A stretch of DNA of 63,982 nucleotides, the filler included. It is 12 parts of 12 records of this genome, joined end to end, with 100 filler letters (N's around TTAATTAATTAA, not from the genome) between each part and the next. Parts side by side here need not be neighbours in the genome. Positions count along the whole stretch, not along the records: positions 18,694 to 26,047 come from SRR7504441_13651; positions 26,148 to 32,429 come from SRR7504441_13674; positions 32,530 to 41,220 come from SRR7504441_13681; 9 more parts are not named here. One strand, 5' to 3'. A model generated the notes under the pieces. That model did no database searches and was not told the origin of the DNA. It saw only the letters and a program-made list of their open reading frames with translations. The position numbers and the translations under genes were made by a program. Shown in pieces: positions 24,290-34,843 of the stretch. The stretch's first letter is position 1. Each line of letters starts with the position of its first letter.

Positions 24290-26047
24290 TTATTTTAAGA
24301 ATCTCTGTTGCAAAGCTTCTAGTTGTGTATCCGTAAAACCGTCGTGAATCCATTGATCCCATATAGCATTGGCTCGACTTAAGTGCTCCGGATCCACCAC
24401 ACCGCATGATTCGGCTTCATAAGCCAGCTCGATCACCTCCGCCTTTGCATAATCAGCCATCCCAGTATCACCAATCAAACTGAGTGGGTGGAGAACACAC
24501 TCAGAAAACTTAAGCACTTTGTTGTCCACGGATCCTAACGCTAGCATTGGTGCTGCCTGCACCAGAAGGGTACCAATAGTGCAGTTGGCTGAAGTCTGAA
24601 CTGTAGCAGTTTGACCTTCGTGAAGAACAACAACAGCCAGTGCGCGGCTGCTGCCTTCCGATTGCATGCATGCTAAAGACACCAGTGTGGGCTGAACTAC
24701 TCGCTTGGCACGCTCTAGTGTATTTGACACACGGCACGCAATGGTGTTCCTCCCCTCAGCAACTGGCAGACGGAGTTGGTCGTCAACGCCATGGCCATAA
24801 CAGCATGACCAAAGTCTGTAACCAAACAAAACAAGCCACGGCGGGACGATCACACCGAGTACTATCAGCAGAAACGCGAGCCCCGCTTCTTCGGACCCCT
24901 CTGTCCAGGTCAAAACTAGTCCAATAGATACAATGCCCAAAATGATGAAAGACGCCCAGGTGAGATTGCGCACGATCTTGTCAGAATTGAACCAACTGCA
25001 GCGCGTGATAAAACAGTCGCAGCATGCTTCGGGCCGTGGTTGGAACAATTCGCCTAGCCCACTGAGCCAGAAGCGTGTGCACGGGTGATGGTCGTGATGC
25101 TGCGTATCTGCTGATGTCTCCAACCAAAGCTGACACTGCTGAATTGCTTGGCACACATGCTGCCAGTGCTGTGCGTTCCCTGGAGGGCTTTGGAGTTGCT
25201 CCAGTTCAACCAACGACGCGTGCCATTTGTGGCCTAGTCTGATCCTTCGCGCGATCTGCAAAGGTACTGCCATAGCGATCAGAGCACTCCCCAGCGGCCA
25301 AGCTATTAACAGCCAAACCCAGCCCGGCCAGCCAAGCCACGTTGGTTCCACATCAGAGGCTGCTCTCACGACTAAAAAGATTCCAAACAGGCATGTTGGG
25401 ATCTGAAGTACGGCCCAACTCCATGCTGTGCGTCGAATCAGCTTGTCAGCTGCTTCGAGCAGTTTAGAGCAGCCATTCTGCTCCTCAGCATCCAGCAGCA
25501 TCTCTTGATCCAGCATCCCTCCAAACAGCCTTGTGTAACGGCAGTAGGTGTACATGCACGCCAGCCCCAACGTCCCTAACACGGCCAGTACCACATACAT
25601 TCCATTCCAATCGAATTCGCATGGACAACTGTGGACTGACTCGCAGTCGCCGCGCACATGTGCTACCGGACATTTAGTGCATTTGGGCAGGCCGTTGAGC
25701 GCACTGGTCTTGTACTCAGAGTCTGACTTATGTCCCCTGGCCTGCCTCGTAATCAGCAGGTGCGACACGGAGGTCGAGTACTCAGGACAAGCCAAGCAGG
25801 TAGAGCTGTTGAGAGCTGGGGTGGGCTGCGTTAGCCGGGTTGGGCCTCCCTGGACGCATGCTGGTGGTGGCGTGTCGGTCTGAGCAGTCCAGCCACACGA
25901 AAGCCGCGGGGTGTTCCCACCGGCTCTTCTCCTCCGCATATCGAGGCCTCGAGTTTGATAATAGCACTCGCGAGCGTTGCCGCACGTCTGCTGGTACCTG
26001 CCACCGGGACAGAATGCGTGCAGCTTCAGGGTCGAGTTCGGACAGTA
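24290..26047 (-). CDS. Membrane protein with Cys-rich ectodomain, several TM helices and a possible C-terminal ubiquitin-like domain, 5'-partial
   Basis: CLACPEYS / CTKCP Cys pattern, about 5 hydrophobic helices, Ubl-like TIGTL...VLKFS...L...LIGDTGM. Confidence 0.55.
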   Translation of the reverse strand, partial: YCPNSTLKLHAFCPGGRYQQTCGNARECYYQTRGLDMRRRRAGGNTPRLSCGWTAQTDTPPPACVQGGPTRLTQPTPALNSSTCLACPEYSTSVSHLLITRQARGHKSDSEYKTSALNGLPKCTKCPVAHVRGDCESVHSCPCEFDWNGMYVVLAVLGTLGLACMYTYCRYTRLFGGMLDQEMLLDAEEQNGCSKLLEAADKLIRRTAWSWAVLQIPTCLFGIFLVVRAASDVEPTWLGWPGWVWLLIAWPLGSALIAMAVPLQIARRIRLGHKWHASLVELEQLQSPPGNAQHWQHVCQAIQQCQLWLETSADTQHHDHHPCTRFWLSGLGELFQPRPEACCDCFITRCSWFNSDKIVRNLTWASFIILGIVSIGLVLTWTEGSEEAGLAFLLIVLGVIVPPWLVLFGYRLWSCCYGHGVDDQLRLPVAEGRNTIACRVSNTLERAKRVVQPTLVSLACMQSEGSSRALAVVVLHEGQTATVQTSANCTIGTLLVQAAPMLALGSVDNKVLKFSECVLHPLSLIGDTGMADYAKAEVIELAYEAESCGVVDPEHLSRANAIWDQWIHDGFTDTQLEALQQRFLK

Positions 26048-26147
26048 NNNNNNNNNNNNNNNNNNNNNNNNNNNNNNNNNNNNNNNNNNNNTTAATTAAT
26101 TAANNNNNNNNNNNNNNNNNNNNNNNNNNNNNNNNNNNNNNNNNNNN
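26048..26147. other. Artificial contig linker
   Basis: N44-TTAATTAATTAA-N44. Confidence 0.99.
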
Positions 26148-27866
26148 GACGAATGTGCCACAAGACTGACGGCAGCGACCCAGCGGATAAATGAGCTCGA
26201 GGCAACTTCATTAAGAATGGGCGACGAAAGCGAATCGGCAGCAAGTGAGGTGGCGAGCCACCAAGAGATAAGTGAGCAGCGTGCTGTTGAGACGGAGGAG
26301 GATGACAAACTGCAAGCTGGCTACAAGTACGAGAATGAGCAGTCAGATGGCGGCGAGGCTGAGCCAGACATGAACGAACAGACAGGAACCGGGCAACCTG
26401 AGGACGCACAGGCTGCAAGTCCAATGCAGCTAGGCGAGCTCCAGGGGGATGCTACCAGGGCAGCTGAAGCCAGTTCAGTAGATGGCGAATGCGACAGTGA
26501 GAATACTGTACAGGCTTCCTCTCCATGCGAGCCCCCAGCCAGTCCGGAGCACCTGGACCGCGACGAAGCGCAAGTCCTGGAGGATCTGGATGGAGCAGCA
26601 ATTTCAGCTCAGAAAGGAGCTGTAAATGTGATGGATGTGGCGAGTGAGCCCGGGGCGGACAGAGCTGGCGTCCAACAGTCGGCGTGCTTGGATCGGAGCG
26701 GTACAGAGCCCGGACTCTCAGATCAAGTAGTGGACGCGTTCAGCCCAGCCGAGGCCAGAGCTAGGACGCCATCTTCGGGCGATGAGGCCGAACCGGTATC
26801 TAACCAGCAGCGGAATGAGTCGGCAGATGGTGAGGTGTGTGATGGACAGCATCCGGTGGAGCCGCGCACATCTCGGGCAGTTGCGCGCAGACCGGTGAGG
26901 CCGTACAGCTGGGCCGACCTGTGCGCGCACGCTGCCAACCAGTCCGAGCGGTACGCCGCGGGGGAGTGGCCAGGCCGTGCACGCAGGAGTCAGGAGGACT
27001 ATGACGCCTACAAGGTGTGGTGCAGTGCGCAAGGGCTGTCGAATGAGGAGTTTGTGCTGCGCTATGTGATCTGGCGGGATGGCCTGGCACTCGAGCCCGC
27101 CCTGGCACCGTATCTGCTCGAGGACGGAGTGAAGCATTGGATCCTGTGGCATCACCCAGATGGCGGCGCCTCTGAGCTTGATCCCGACGACGAGGCTGCC
27201 ACCGCAGTCGCTATCTGGGCCGCTGACGGCGCCCGGGTGGCTCGCGATGCCATAATCACCTGGCAGAACCTCCCTGAGCTGCGGTCGGTCCAGTCCATCG
27301 CGCACAGTCACGTCTTTGTCCGGATGAGCGAGTTGGACCAATCGAGCTGCACAACTCTCAGCGAGCTGCACGCTCAATGGCGAGGCCGGTCGCCATGGCT
27401 GCACGCCAAGCAAGCGCCCGAGAGCCCAGACCAGTTAGATGAGCAGGCAAGGCCTCAGAGATCAGATAACTCCGAGGAAGCTCAGCGGATCCCTAATCCG
27501 CTTTACAGTGTTGATCAGCAGTCAGATTTTCAGAGTCCAGGGCACCCAACGGCTGTCCAAGTACACCTGCTCACCAAAGTCTCAAGATCCCAGCCCCATG
27601 ATTCATCACTCAGCCCCATAGCTCCGAACCAGAGCCCTTTGAGTGCGAGGCAAGAGGACGTCACTCCTGATCCTCCGCATCCGCGAAGAAGTTATGTGCG
27701 AGCGGCAGGGCAGGCTGTACTAAGTGAGCCGCCTGTGGATCTGGGTCCTTTGTTGCTTCCAAGTAGTAGCAATCAGCCTGAATATGCTGATCTTCAATCG
27801 GACAACAATAAGCGTAGGTCACGAGTGCATCCTATACGCCGCATCCCGGTCTTGGCGCTGCCATGA
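26148..27866 (+). CDS. Disordered protein containing a DUF3605/GIG1-like (HIT-like) domain, partial
   Basis: PYLLEDGVKHWILW...WQNLPELRSVQSIAHSHVF. The 3' exons may extend toward 28425. Confidence 0.65.
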   Translation, partial: DECATRLTAATQRINELEATSLRMGDESESAASEVASHQEISEQRAVETEEDDKLQAGYKYENEQSDGGEAEPDMNEQTGTGQPEDAQAASPMQLGELQGDATRAAEASSVDGECDSENTVQASSPCEPPASPEHLDRDEAQVLEDLDGAAISAQKGAVNVMDVASEPGADRAGVQQSACLDRSGTEPGLSDQVVDAFSPAEARARTPSSGDEAEPVSNQQRNESADGEVCDGQHPVEPRTSRAVARRPVRPYSWADLCAHAANQSERYAAGEWPGRARRSQEDYDAYKVWCSAQGLSNEEFVLRYVIWRDGLALEPALAPYLLEDGVKHWILWHHPDGGASELDPDDEAATAVAIWAADGARVARDAIITWQNLPELRSVQSIAHSHVFVRMSELDQSSCTTLSELHAQWRGRSPWLHAKQAPESPDQLDEQARPQRSDNSEEAQRIPNPLYSVDQQSDFQSPGHPTAVQVHLLTKVSRSQPHDSSLSPIAPNQSPLSARQEDVTPDPPHPRRSYVRAAGQAVLSEPPVDLGPLLLPSSSNQPEYADLQSDNNKRRSRVHPIRRIPVLALP

Positions 27867-28669
27867 GGTCAAACTGACCTTCGTGCAGGGATCAGCTCGG
27901 AAGAACCCAGGTGATACCTCTGCAGCAGCGCCTACTAACAAGGTCCGTGCTTGACCTGTTCATAGCCCACACTGCAGTGTCTGAGCCCTGAGTCAGGCCC
28001 AAGATGATGAGTACGAGACCACTGTCCGGCTTTCGGAGCATCAGTCTGGCCAATCTAATCATTTTGCAAAGCGCCCAGCTTTGCGTAAAAGTGTACGCCT
28101 TTATGAGTACGCACAAGTAGGAGCAGTCCCAAAATCTCATGGCGTTCACCATCCCCAATCTGAGCACATGAATAGGCAGCAACCTCTTCAACAAAGCGCA
28201 CAAATTTCTAGTTCAAGGGTTCGAGCTCTACGTGCCAAGCAAGGTCAAAAGAACACACGCCGTGATGGTAGTCAATCCCGCGCGCATGACGACACTAGGC
28301 GGGGATCGTCAAATTTTTCTCTCAGTGGTTCTTTGGTACCTCCTTCAACCAAACGATTCAGTGGCAGTCTTGATCTTTATTGCACGAAGAGCTATTATGC
28401 TCAATCATTGAAAAATGAGTACTAGCTAGATCAAGTGCTTCTATCGAGTTTCTCCGTGTTTCTCTCTCACCTATGAACATCATTGATTGTCTACAGGCTT
28501 GACAACAATTACATTAACCGCGTTTCCGTCGAGCGGGCCTGGGTGGCCCAGAACCAGTTGTAGGCTTGGCAACACAGGCCTTCCAGTCCGTGGAGCTATC
28601 CGTGGAGCCAGCTCATCTTCATCATGATCAGTTCTTTTTCTTTTTTCGCAATCTCGACTCGGCGGTCAC

Positions 28670-30183
28670 ATGTCTGACTGTGCGCAGCCGGAGCTCTCGG
28701 GCATGGATCTATACGACAACGTCCGGTCATACTTCATCGAGCGCGTCATCCAGAACGCCTTTCCTGGCGGGTTTTCCGGCCAGCACCCATTTAGGTCTAT
28801 CCGGGCGCTCGACGTGATGAGCTACACCCGGATCGACTCCGCCCGCTACCAGTTCCCGGCCCACTACCCGTTCGCCCGGCTCAGCACCCCGCCCGAGGTG
28901 GCCGAGGCGCTCGGGGCCTCGGACCACGAGCTCAATCTGCTCGAGAACGCGCTCCCACCGGGCCAGAAAGCGGGCGACTGTCAGGCGGCGATCCTGGATA
29001 TCGGCTGCGGGTACGGCGGAATGGCCCGCATGCTCAAGATGAGGTACCCGCACGCGCGGGTGGTGGCGGTCGAGTTCCAGCCGCTGGTGCGCGATCTGGC
29101 CCGCAAACTGACCGGGGCCACCAAAGAGCTCGGAGAGGGCGCTGTGGAGTTCTGGGAGCCTAAACGCGACCCGAACTGTCTGGCCGACGTGCACAGATTC
29201 CTGGTCGGCACGAGCGACGCCAGCTTTGACGCCGTGGTGAGCCGCCGCCCGATGCGCGCTCATCGTCAGCAGGTCTCTTTCCTGGCGATCCTGCACATCC
29301 CAGAAAAAGACGCTTTGTTCAGAGAAATCTACCGTGTTCTGAAGCCTGGCGGCAGGATCATCTTTGTGAGCTGGCCAGTGTGTGCCGACTGACAGATAAT
29401 CGCAGGAGGACTTGATTGGGACGGCTCCGGCCGACACCCTCAAACAGCAGCCCTCGCGGAGTGTGGAGGCAGTGAGGGCAGACATGTCGCGCACCGACAA
29501 GCAGCCAGCCCTGCTGGAGAGCAAGTTCGATAAGCTGTGTCGGGTGGTGAGCTTTAACGATGCGCTGACCCTCGAAGACTACCGCAAGAAGCTCTGTGCG
29601 GCCGGCTTCGAACCGGTGGACTCCTCTGAGATGGTAAGCTGCGCCGCAGGGGTCTGGGGCAAGGTGCGGCTCTTGCTGGCCCGATCGACCCCTGACTTAA
29701 TCCCGGCAGTTTGTATCGGATCGGAGCGAAACGTTTGCAGCGTACCATGGCGGGAGCAGTCTGCGGCAGCTCGGCGTGGAGGCCGATGGCTCGTTGGGGA
29801 GTGCACTCAAACGGCCCGGCGTGTATGGCATCGAGCTGCGATGGGATCAGTGGAAAGCGCAGACCAAGCTCACCCCAGGTGTCAGCCCCTGGACTGTGCC
29901 CTGTCTTGACGGCGAGCCAGGGGCTCAAGGCCATAGCCTGCTCCGTGGGGTTGCGGGAAATACATACACGTTCTTGGAGCCGAGTAGGTGTCGGCACGAA
30001 TTCACAGAACCTGCCGGCTCGATAGTCGACTCGTATCTCCAATCTCAGAAGCGGTTTTGCAAGGAAGTTCATGAACTCTTCAATGAAGAGTGCTGCTGCG
30101 GCGGAGCATGGGTTTTCGCCCAGAAGGGTACCTCTGACAATGCCCTGGACGAACATGAAAACAAACGAATCAAAACAGCGTGA
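28670..30183 (+). CDS. Class I SAM-dependent methyltransferase (sarcosine/dimethylglycine MT-like), 3 introns
   Basis: ILDIGCGYGG, FDAV|VSFLAILHI, YRVLKPGGRIIF|ED. GT-AG introns restore the frame. Confidence 0.8.
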
Positions 30184-30541
30184 CTCCGTGCCTGATCAAA
30201 GTTAGAAGCCACGCCCACTCCCCACGTTTCCGGCTTGCCTATAGCTCCTGCCTCCAAGCCGGAGAATGCGAATAATCAAGGCTGCTTTAGGCCGATTTTC
30301 AAGAGCTCATTAGGTGTACGTATAATTATGGCAGACGATGAGCCGCAAGACCTTAACATTTACAACTACAACGTGTACAGTGCACCGTACGTACCGGTTT
30401 TAACGTGCTATTTAGATCTAGTATTGGTCCCTGCGGCCGTCAATGAATTAGCCACCAGTTCCTCAAGGTCTAGCCACTAAGCTTACTAGTAGTTCCCGCT
30501 GAGCCCGTCACTGATATCATCATAATCCAAAGTCGCCCCAG

Positions 30542-31284
30542 TCAGTGCCTGCACAGAACGCAGTCAAGGGCGCAACGCAGACGGCAAACCTGCAGGTACC
30601 AGCCGGGTGCCGACCTTCTGTGCCCTAGCTCCGGGGCCTTGCACGTGCTCCTCTTCATGCCCGACCCCACACGTCGTATCCTGTACTTTGGTGACAAATC
30701 CACCCTCACTCGCCTTGATGCTCTCATAGTGCTCCAACTGCTCCTCGTTCGGCGCCACAGTCTTCCGGTGCGGTACTTTCTTCAGCTCGCACACTTCCTC
30801 GCACGCCGCAGCCTCCTCGCGCAGTCTGTACCGCGCCCCGCACCACTCGCACGACCACCGTCCAGACGCTGCACCGCCCACTCCCTCAGCCGTAATGCGC
30901 TCATGGTCTGGCACCGCAGATCTGCAGCGCGAGCTGGGCGGCTGGCCCGGCGCAATCCTCTACGTCCCCTGCCCTCCAGATGAGACCGAGCCAGGCAGCG
31001 CCGCACCTTTCTTAAACCCGTGCTCTAGATCATACGCCGCGCGATCCGCTGGGTCGATCAGCGTAATGTAGGCCTGCCGCAGCTACAGCCCAGGATGAGC
31101 GCGCCCTAGCCCAGCCAGACACCCGCTCGAAGTTGGCCTCAGCCAGCTTGCTGCCCGGGTGCTTATCTGGATGCCATGAGCGGGCGAGTTGACAGTAGCT
31201 CTCCTCGACTTGGTCGAAGGACGCCTCTGGAACCAGCCCAAGATTGCGATAAAAGTCTTCCGACCCTAAGTTCACCCCGGCCAT
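30542..31284 (-). CDS. J-domain (DnaJ type III) protein with C-terminal Cys-rich Zn-finger-like motifs
   Basis: FYRNLGL...WHPDKHP...FER|LRQAYITLIDP..RAAYD, then CEWCGARY...CEEVC. Introns are GT-AG. Confidence 0.75.
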
Positions 31285-31589
31285 GGTCAGCCAACCCCGC
31301 CCTCTGCACAGCGAGGAGAGATAAGCGCGACAGCGTGGCCGTTGATCTAACGGCAAGCTTCGGCTTGCCTCCAACGCCGGAGATGCGCTATATCACGTTT
31401 CATTGCACATATACAAAGTACGAGTAGACTAAGACTCAATCTCGAACCGAGCTCACTAATCTGAGTCGGTATTGCAATTTGTCGTGCGCCGACATGCTAC
31501 TGATTGCTATGAATTCGTACACCTCGACTCAACCAAACTCGATCACTTTAACAATCAAACTACTTGTACTGTTTATTCGCTCTCACCAG

Positions 31590-32429
31590 CTAAGGACTAG
31601 CAATTTCTTCCCATTGATCATGATCATCTGCAACCAAGTCGACGCCCACACGGTTAACCACACCAAGATCCTCACCAAGATCCTGCCAACATGCTTGGAG
31701 ATCAGCTTTGCTCAGGCGACCCTTTGGTCTTTCGGCCCCTGCGAAGTTTTGCACAAGTTTGTCAAAGCAACCTTTTGCCTCCGTTGCCCACTCGTGGTCA
31801 CCGGTCCAGACACGTGCAAAATCGAACCGGCATCCAGTGTCTCGGGTCTGATCGCTGAGCATCTCCAGCCCAGAGCACAGCCGAAGACTCTTGGAGGCAC
31901 AAAGCTCTACGGCTTCACTGTAGCTCTTGCGGTCGCATTCGGGACATCCCGCGCCTCTCGCAGGAGAGGTGCAGCCGTAGTCACTCATACGGGGTTGCTC
32001 AAATAAAGCTGCATCTTTGCAGCAGCGCACTGCGTGCTTGCTATTCTCGGGTGAGCACACTCTGCATCAGTGGTGAGTGTCGCTGTTGTGGAGCCCGTGG
32101 AGCCTGTGGAGCCCGACTCTGTCAAGCCTGTGGAGCCCGTTTTGTCTCCCGACTCTGGCTTCGACCAGCATTTCACGGATACTCCAGCAACGGTATTAAA
32201 CTTCTCCCACATGATGTCCGGGTGTACCAGGGTGTACCTGTGGGCACAGCTCATCGGATATTCTGGCACTTGCAGCGCACCCCTGCTTGTTGCACCAGTC
32301 AGCGCTGACATCCTTGACCTTGACCTGAAATATATGTCCTTGACCTTGCTGTTCCATGATCTTAACAACGTTTTCTCCGACCTCGTATTGAACCCAGAAA
32401 ACCCGCCGATCGGGAACTAGCCGGCCTAT
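31590..32429 (-). CDS. Protein with a Cys-rich extracellular-type module, 5'-partial
   Basis: HAVRCC..C..LC..TGC..D..VW Cys pattern. A predicted intron at 32062-32117 joins the two ORFs. Confidence 0.55.
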
Positions 32430-32529
32430 NNNNNNNNNNNNNNNNNNNNNNNNNNNNNNNNNNNNNNNNNNNNTTAATTAATTAANNNNNNNNNNNNNNN
32501 NNNNNNNNNNNNNNNNNNNNNNNNNNNNN
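32430..32529. other. Artificial contig linker
   Basis: N44-TTAATTAATTAA-N44. Confidence 0.99.
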
Positions 32530-32741
32530 GGCACACCCGATGCGAGGTCTTCATGGCTCTCCATGGCCAAGAGGCCCAAATCAAAGCCCAAGCGGACAAG
32601 ATCTACGAGCTCACGGAGAAGCACCGCGTTACCAAGCGTCGCGTTTCAGATCTAGAGGCCAAGCACCCTCTTATTCCTCGCGCCCTCGCCGCCTCGCTTT
32701 TTGCACAGGCCAGGCCACAAGACAACAACAACAACGGCTAG
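32530..32741 (+). CDS. 3' end of a coiled-coil protein
   Basis: Open frame with a heptad pattern ending at TAG 32741. Confidence 0.4.
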
Positions 32742-32815
32742 ACTCATCTCATTCATCGACTCACGATTCGAGGGCATCGCCCGGCATCACCGGACTGCTT
32801 TCGGGCTGAGCGAGC

Positions 32816-34486
32816 ATGGTGCTAACACAGAAGCAGAAGACAGAGCTGTACGCAGACCCCCCCTAGTCGCCGCCGCGCGCCTGCTAGGCGCTCCAGCGCG
32901 AAGCACTGCTGAGCTTGCGTTGTGGTGCAGACACGGCGCGATCGCCGAGTACCTGAAGGCGGAGGGCTACGAGAGCGCCTGCGCTGAGCTGTGTCGCGAG
33001 GCCGGTCTCGACGAGTCCGTGTGCAACACCTCAAACAAGCTGCTCGAGAAGAAGTGGACCAGTGTTGTTCGCCTGCAGAAAAAGGCACGTCAGATGCGGG
33101 GTGTCGAGACTCTGAGCTGCTGGCGCCGCAGATTATGGACCTGGAGGGCAAGGTGGAGCAGCTGGAGTCAGACCTCGCAGCTCGGGGCGGGAAAAAGGGG
33201 AAAGCCAATTCGACAAATCTGCCCAAGAACGTGTCGCGACACGAGCTGAGCGGATTCCGAGGGCCGGTTACGTTTGTCAGCTTTCATCCGGTGGTGCCGC
33301 TGGTGGCAGCAAGTGGGGAGGATGGCACTGTGAAGGCGAGTAGGCTGCGCAGTCAGGGGTGCGGCGTCTCAGCCACGGAGCAGGTGTGGGACTATGAGAG
33401 TGGCCAGTTTGAGCGGTCGCTCCGCGGGCATACAAACGCTGTGCAGCGAATTGCCTTCGACCCAGCGGGGAATTTATTAGGTAGCTTCGCGAGCATAGCC
33501 TGCTGGCCACTGCGGCGCTGACAATGATGTGCGCAGCATCGTGCTCTGCTGACCTGAGCATCAAGCTGTGGGATTTCGCCTCCTATGATAATGTAAAAAC
33601 CCTGAATGGTCATGAGCACAATGTCTCTGGTGTTTGCTTCATCCCTCCGGGGGATTATCTGGCATCGTGCTCCCGCGACACCACGATCAAGATCTGGGAA
33701 ACCTCCACAGGGTAGCTGCACGGTGGCTGTGCGAGAGTGAGTGACAGAGTCGATGTTCAGGTTCTGCACCAAGACCTTGACCGGGCACGATGACTGGGTC
33801 CGTGCTGTTGTGGCCACTGCAGATGGCAAAACGCTGGTGAGCTGCTCGAATGATCAAACGATCAGGATGTGGAGTGTGGACACGGGCTCCTGCACAGCAG
33901 TACTGAGGGGACACACTCATGTGGTTGAAACAATTGCTCTCGCTCCGGAGTCGGCACAGCTCGCCATAAAGGCGGCGGCGAATCAGGTAACAGGAGCTGG
34001 TTTTGACAAGCTGACATGGTCGCAGGGGGCAAATCCTGAGAACAGCACAGCTGAGGATGGTGCAGATATGGGGTTAGGCTACCTTGCATCAGGCTCGAGG
34101 GATAAAAGCATTCGACTGTGGGATTTGACAACGCAGCAATGCATTCACACTCTGGTGAGGCACTCCTGGCCCACTTTGGTGTGATAGTCGCCATATTATG
34201 TCGTGCAATTTTGTGTTATGGTTAAGAGTCTTAACCTGTGTTGTGTTGTCAGAATGGCCACGATAATTGGGTGCGGTGCATCTGTTTCCATGCATCTGGG
34301 TTGTACTTAATATCATCATCAGATGACAAGAGCATCCGGGTTTGGAGCCTCGAGAACTTGAGATGTGTCAAAACAATAGCTGAGGCCCACGGACACTTTG
34401 TTTCTTGTGTCGATTTCAATCAGAGATTTCCAATGATGGTTACAGGTAGTGTAGATCAAAAGATTAAGGTTTGGGAATGCCAATGA
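32816..34486 (+). CDS. LIS1: LIS1 dynein regulator (LisH + WD40), 6 introns
   Basis: [41 protein letters not shown]40 repeats, ends IKVWECQ*. Introns 33085-33131 and 33336-33383 are GC-AG. Confidence 0.97.
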
Positions 34487-34843
34487 TCCACTACGGGTCC
34501 TGCCAAGAATGCAAGAGCACTCTTCAGAGGCATTAGACGGGTGATAGCGCCAGCGATAGCAGCATGCTTTAGCGTGCTCAAACCAAATGACTCAAATAAA
34601 TGTGTTTGATATAACATTAAACTTGTGCCTTAAGTACTTAGTGCCTTTCGATTATACTAGTATTACTATTCCGTGAAGTTTTTGTGCTATTACGGATGTA
34701 TTTTGGATGTATTGGTGGCGCATTGAACACTAGTTAATTAATAGAGAAATACAACTCTGTGCTACTCCTACTAATTACTTAGTACACGTAACTATGTGCA
34801 CGGAGTTGTGGCCATCGCATTGTCAAGAACATCCTGCAGATGA

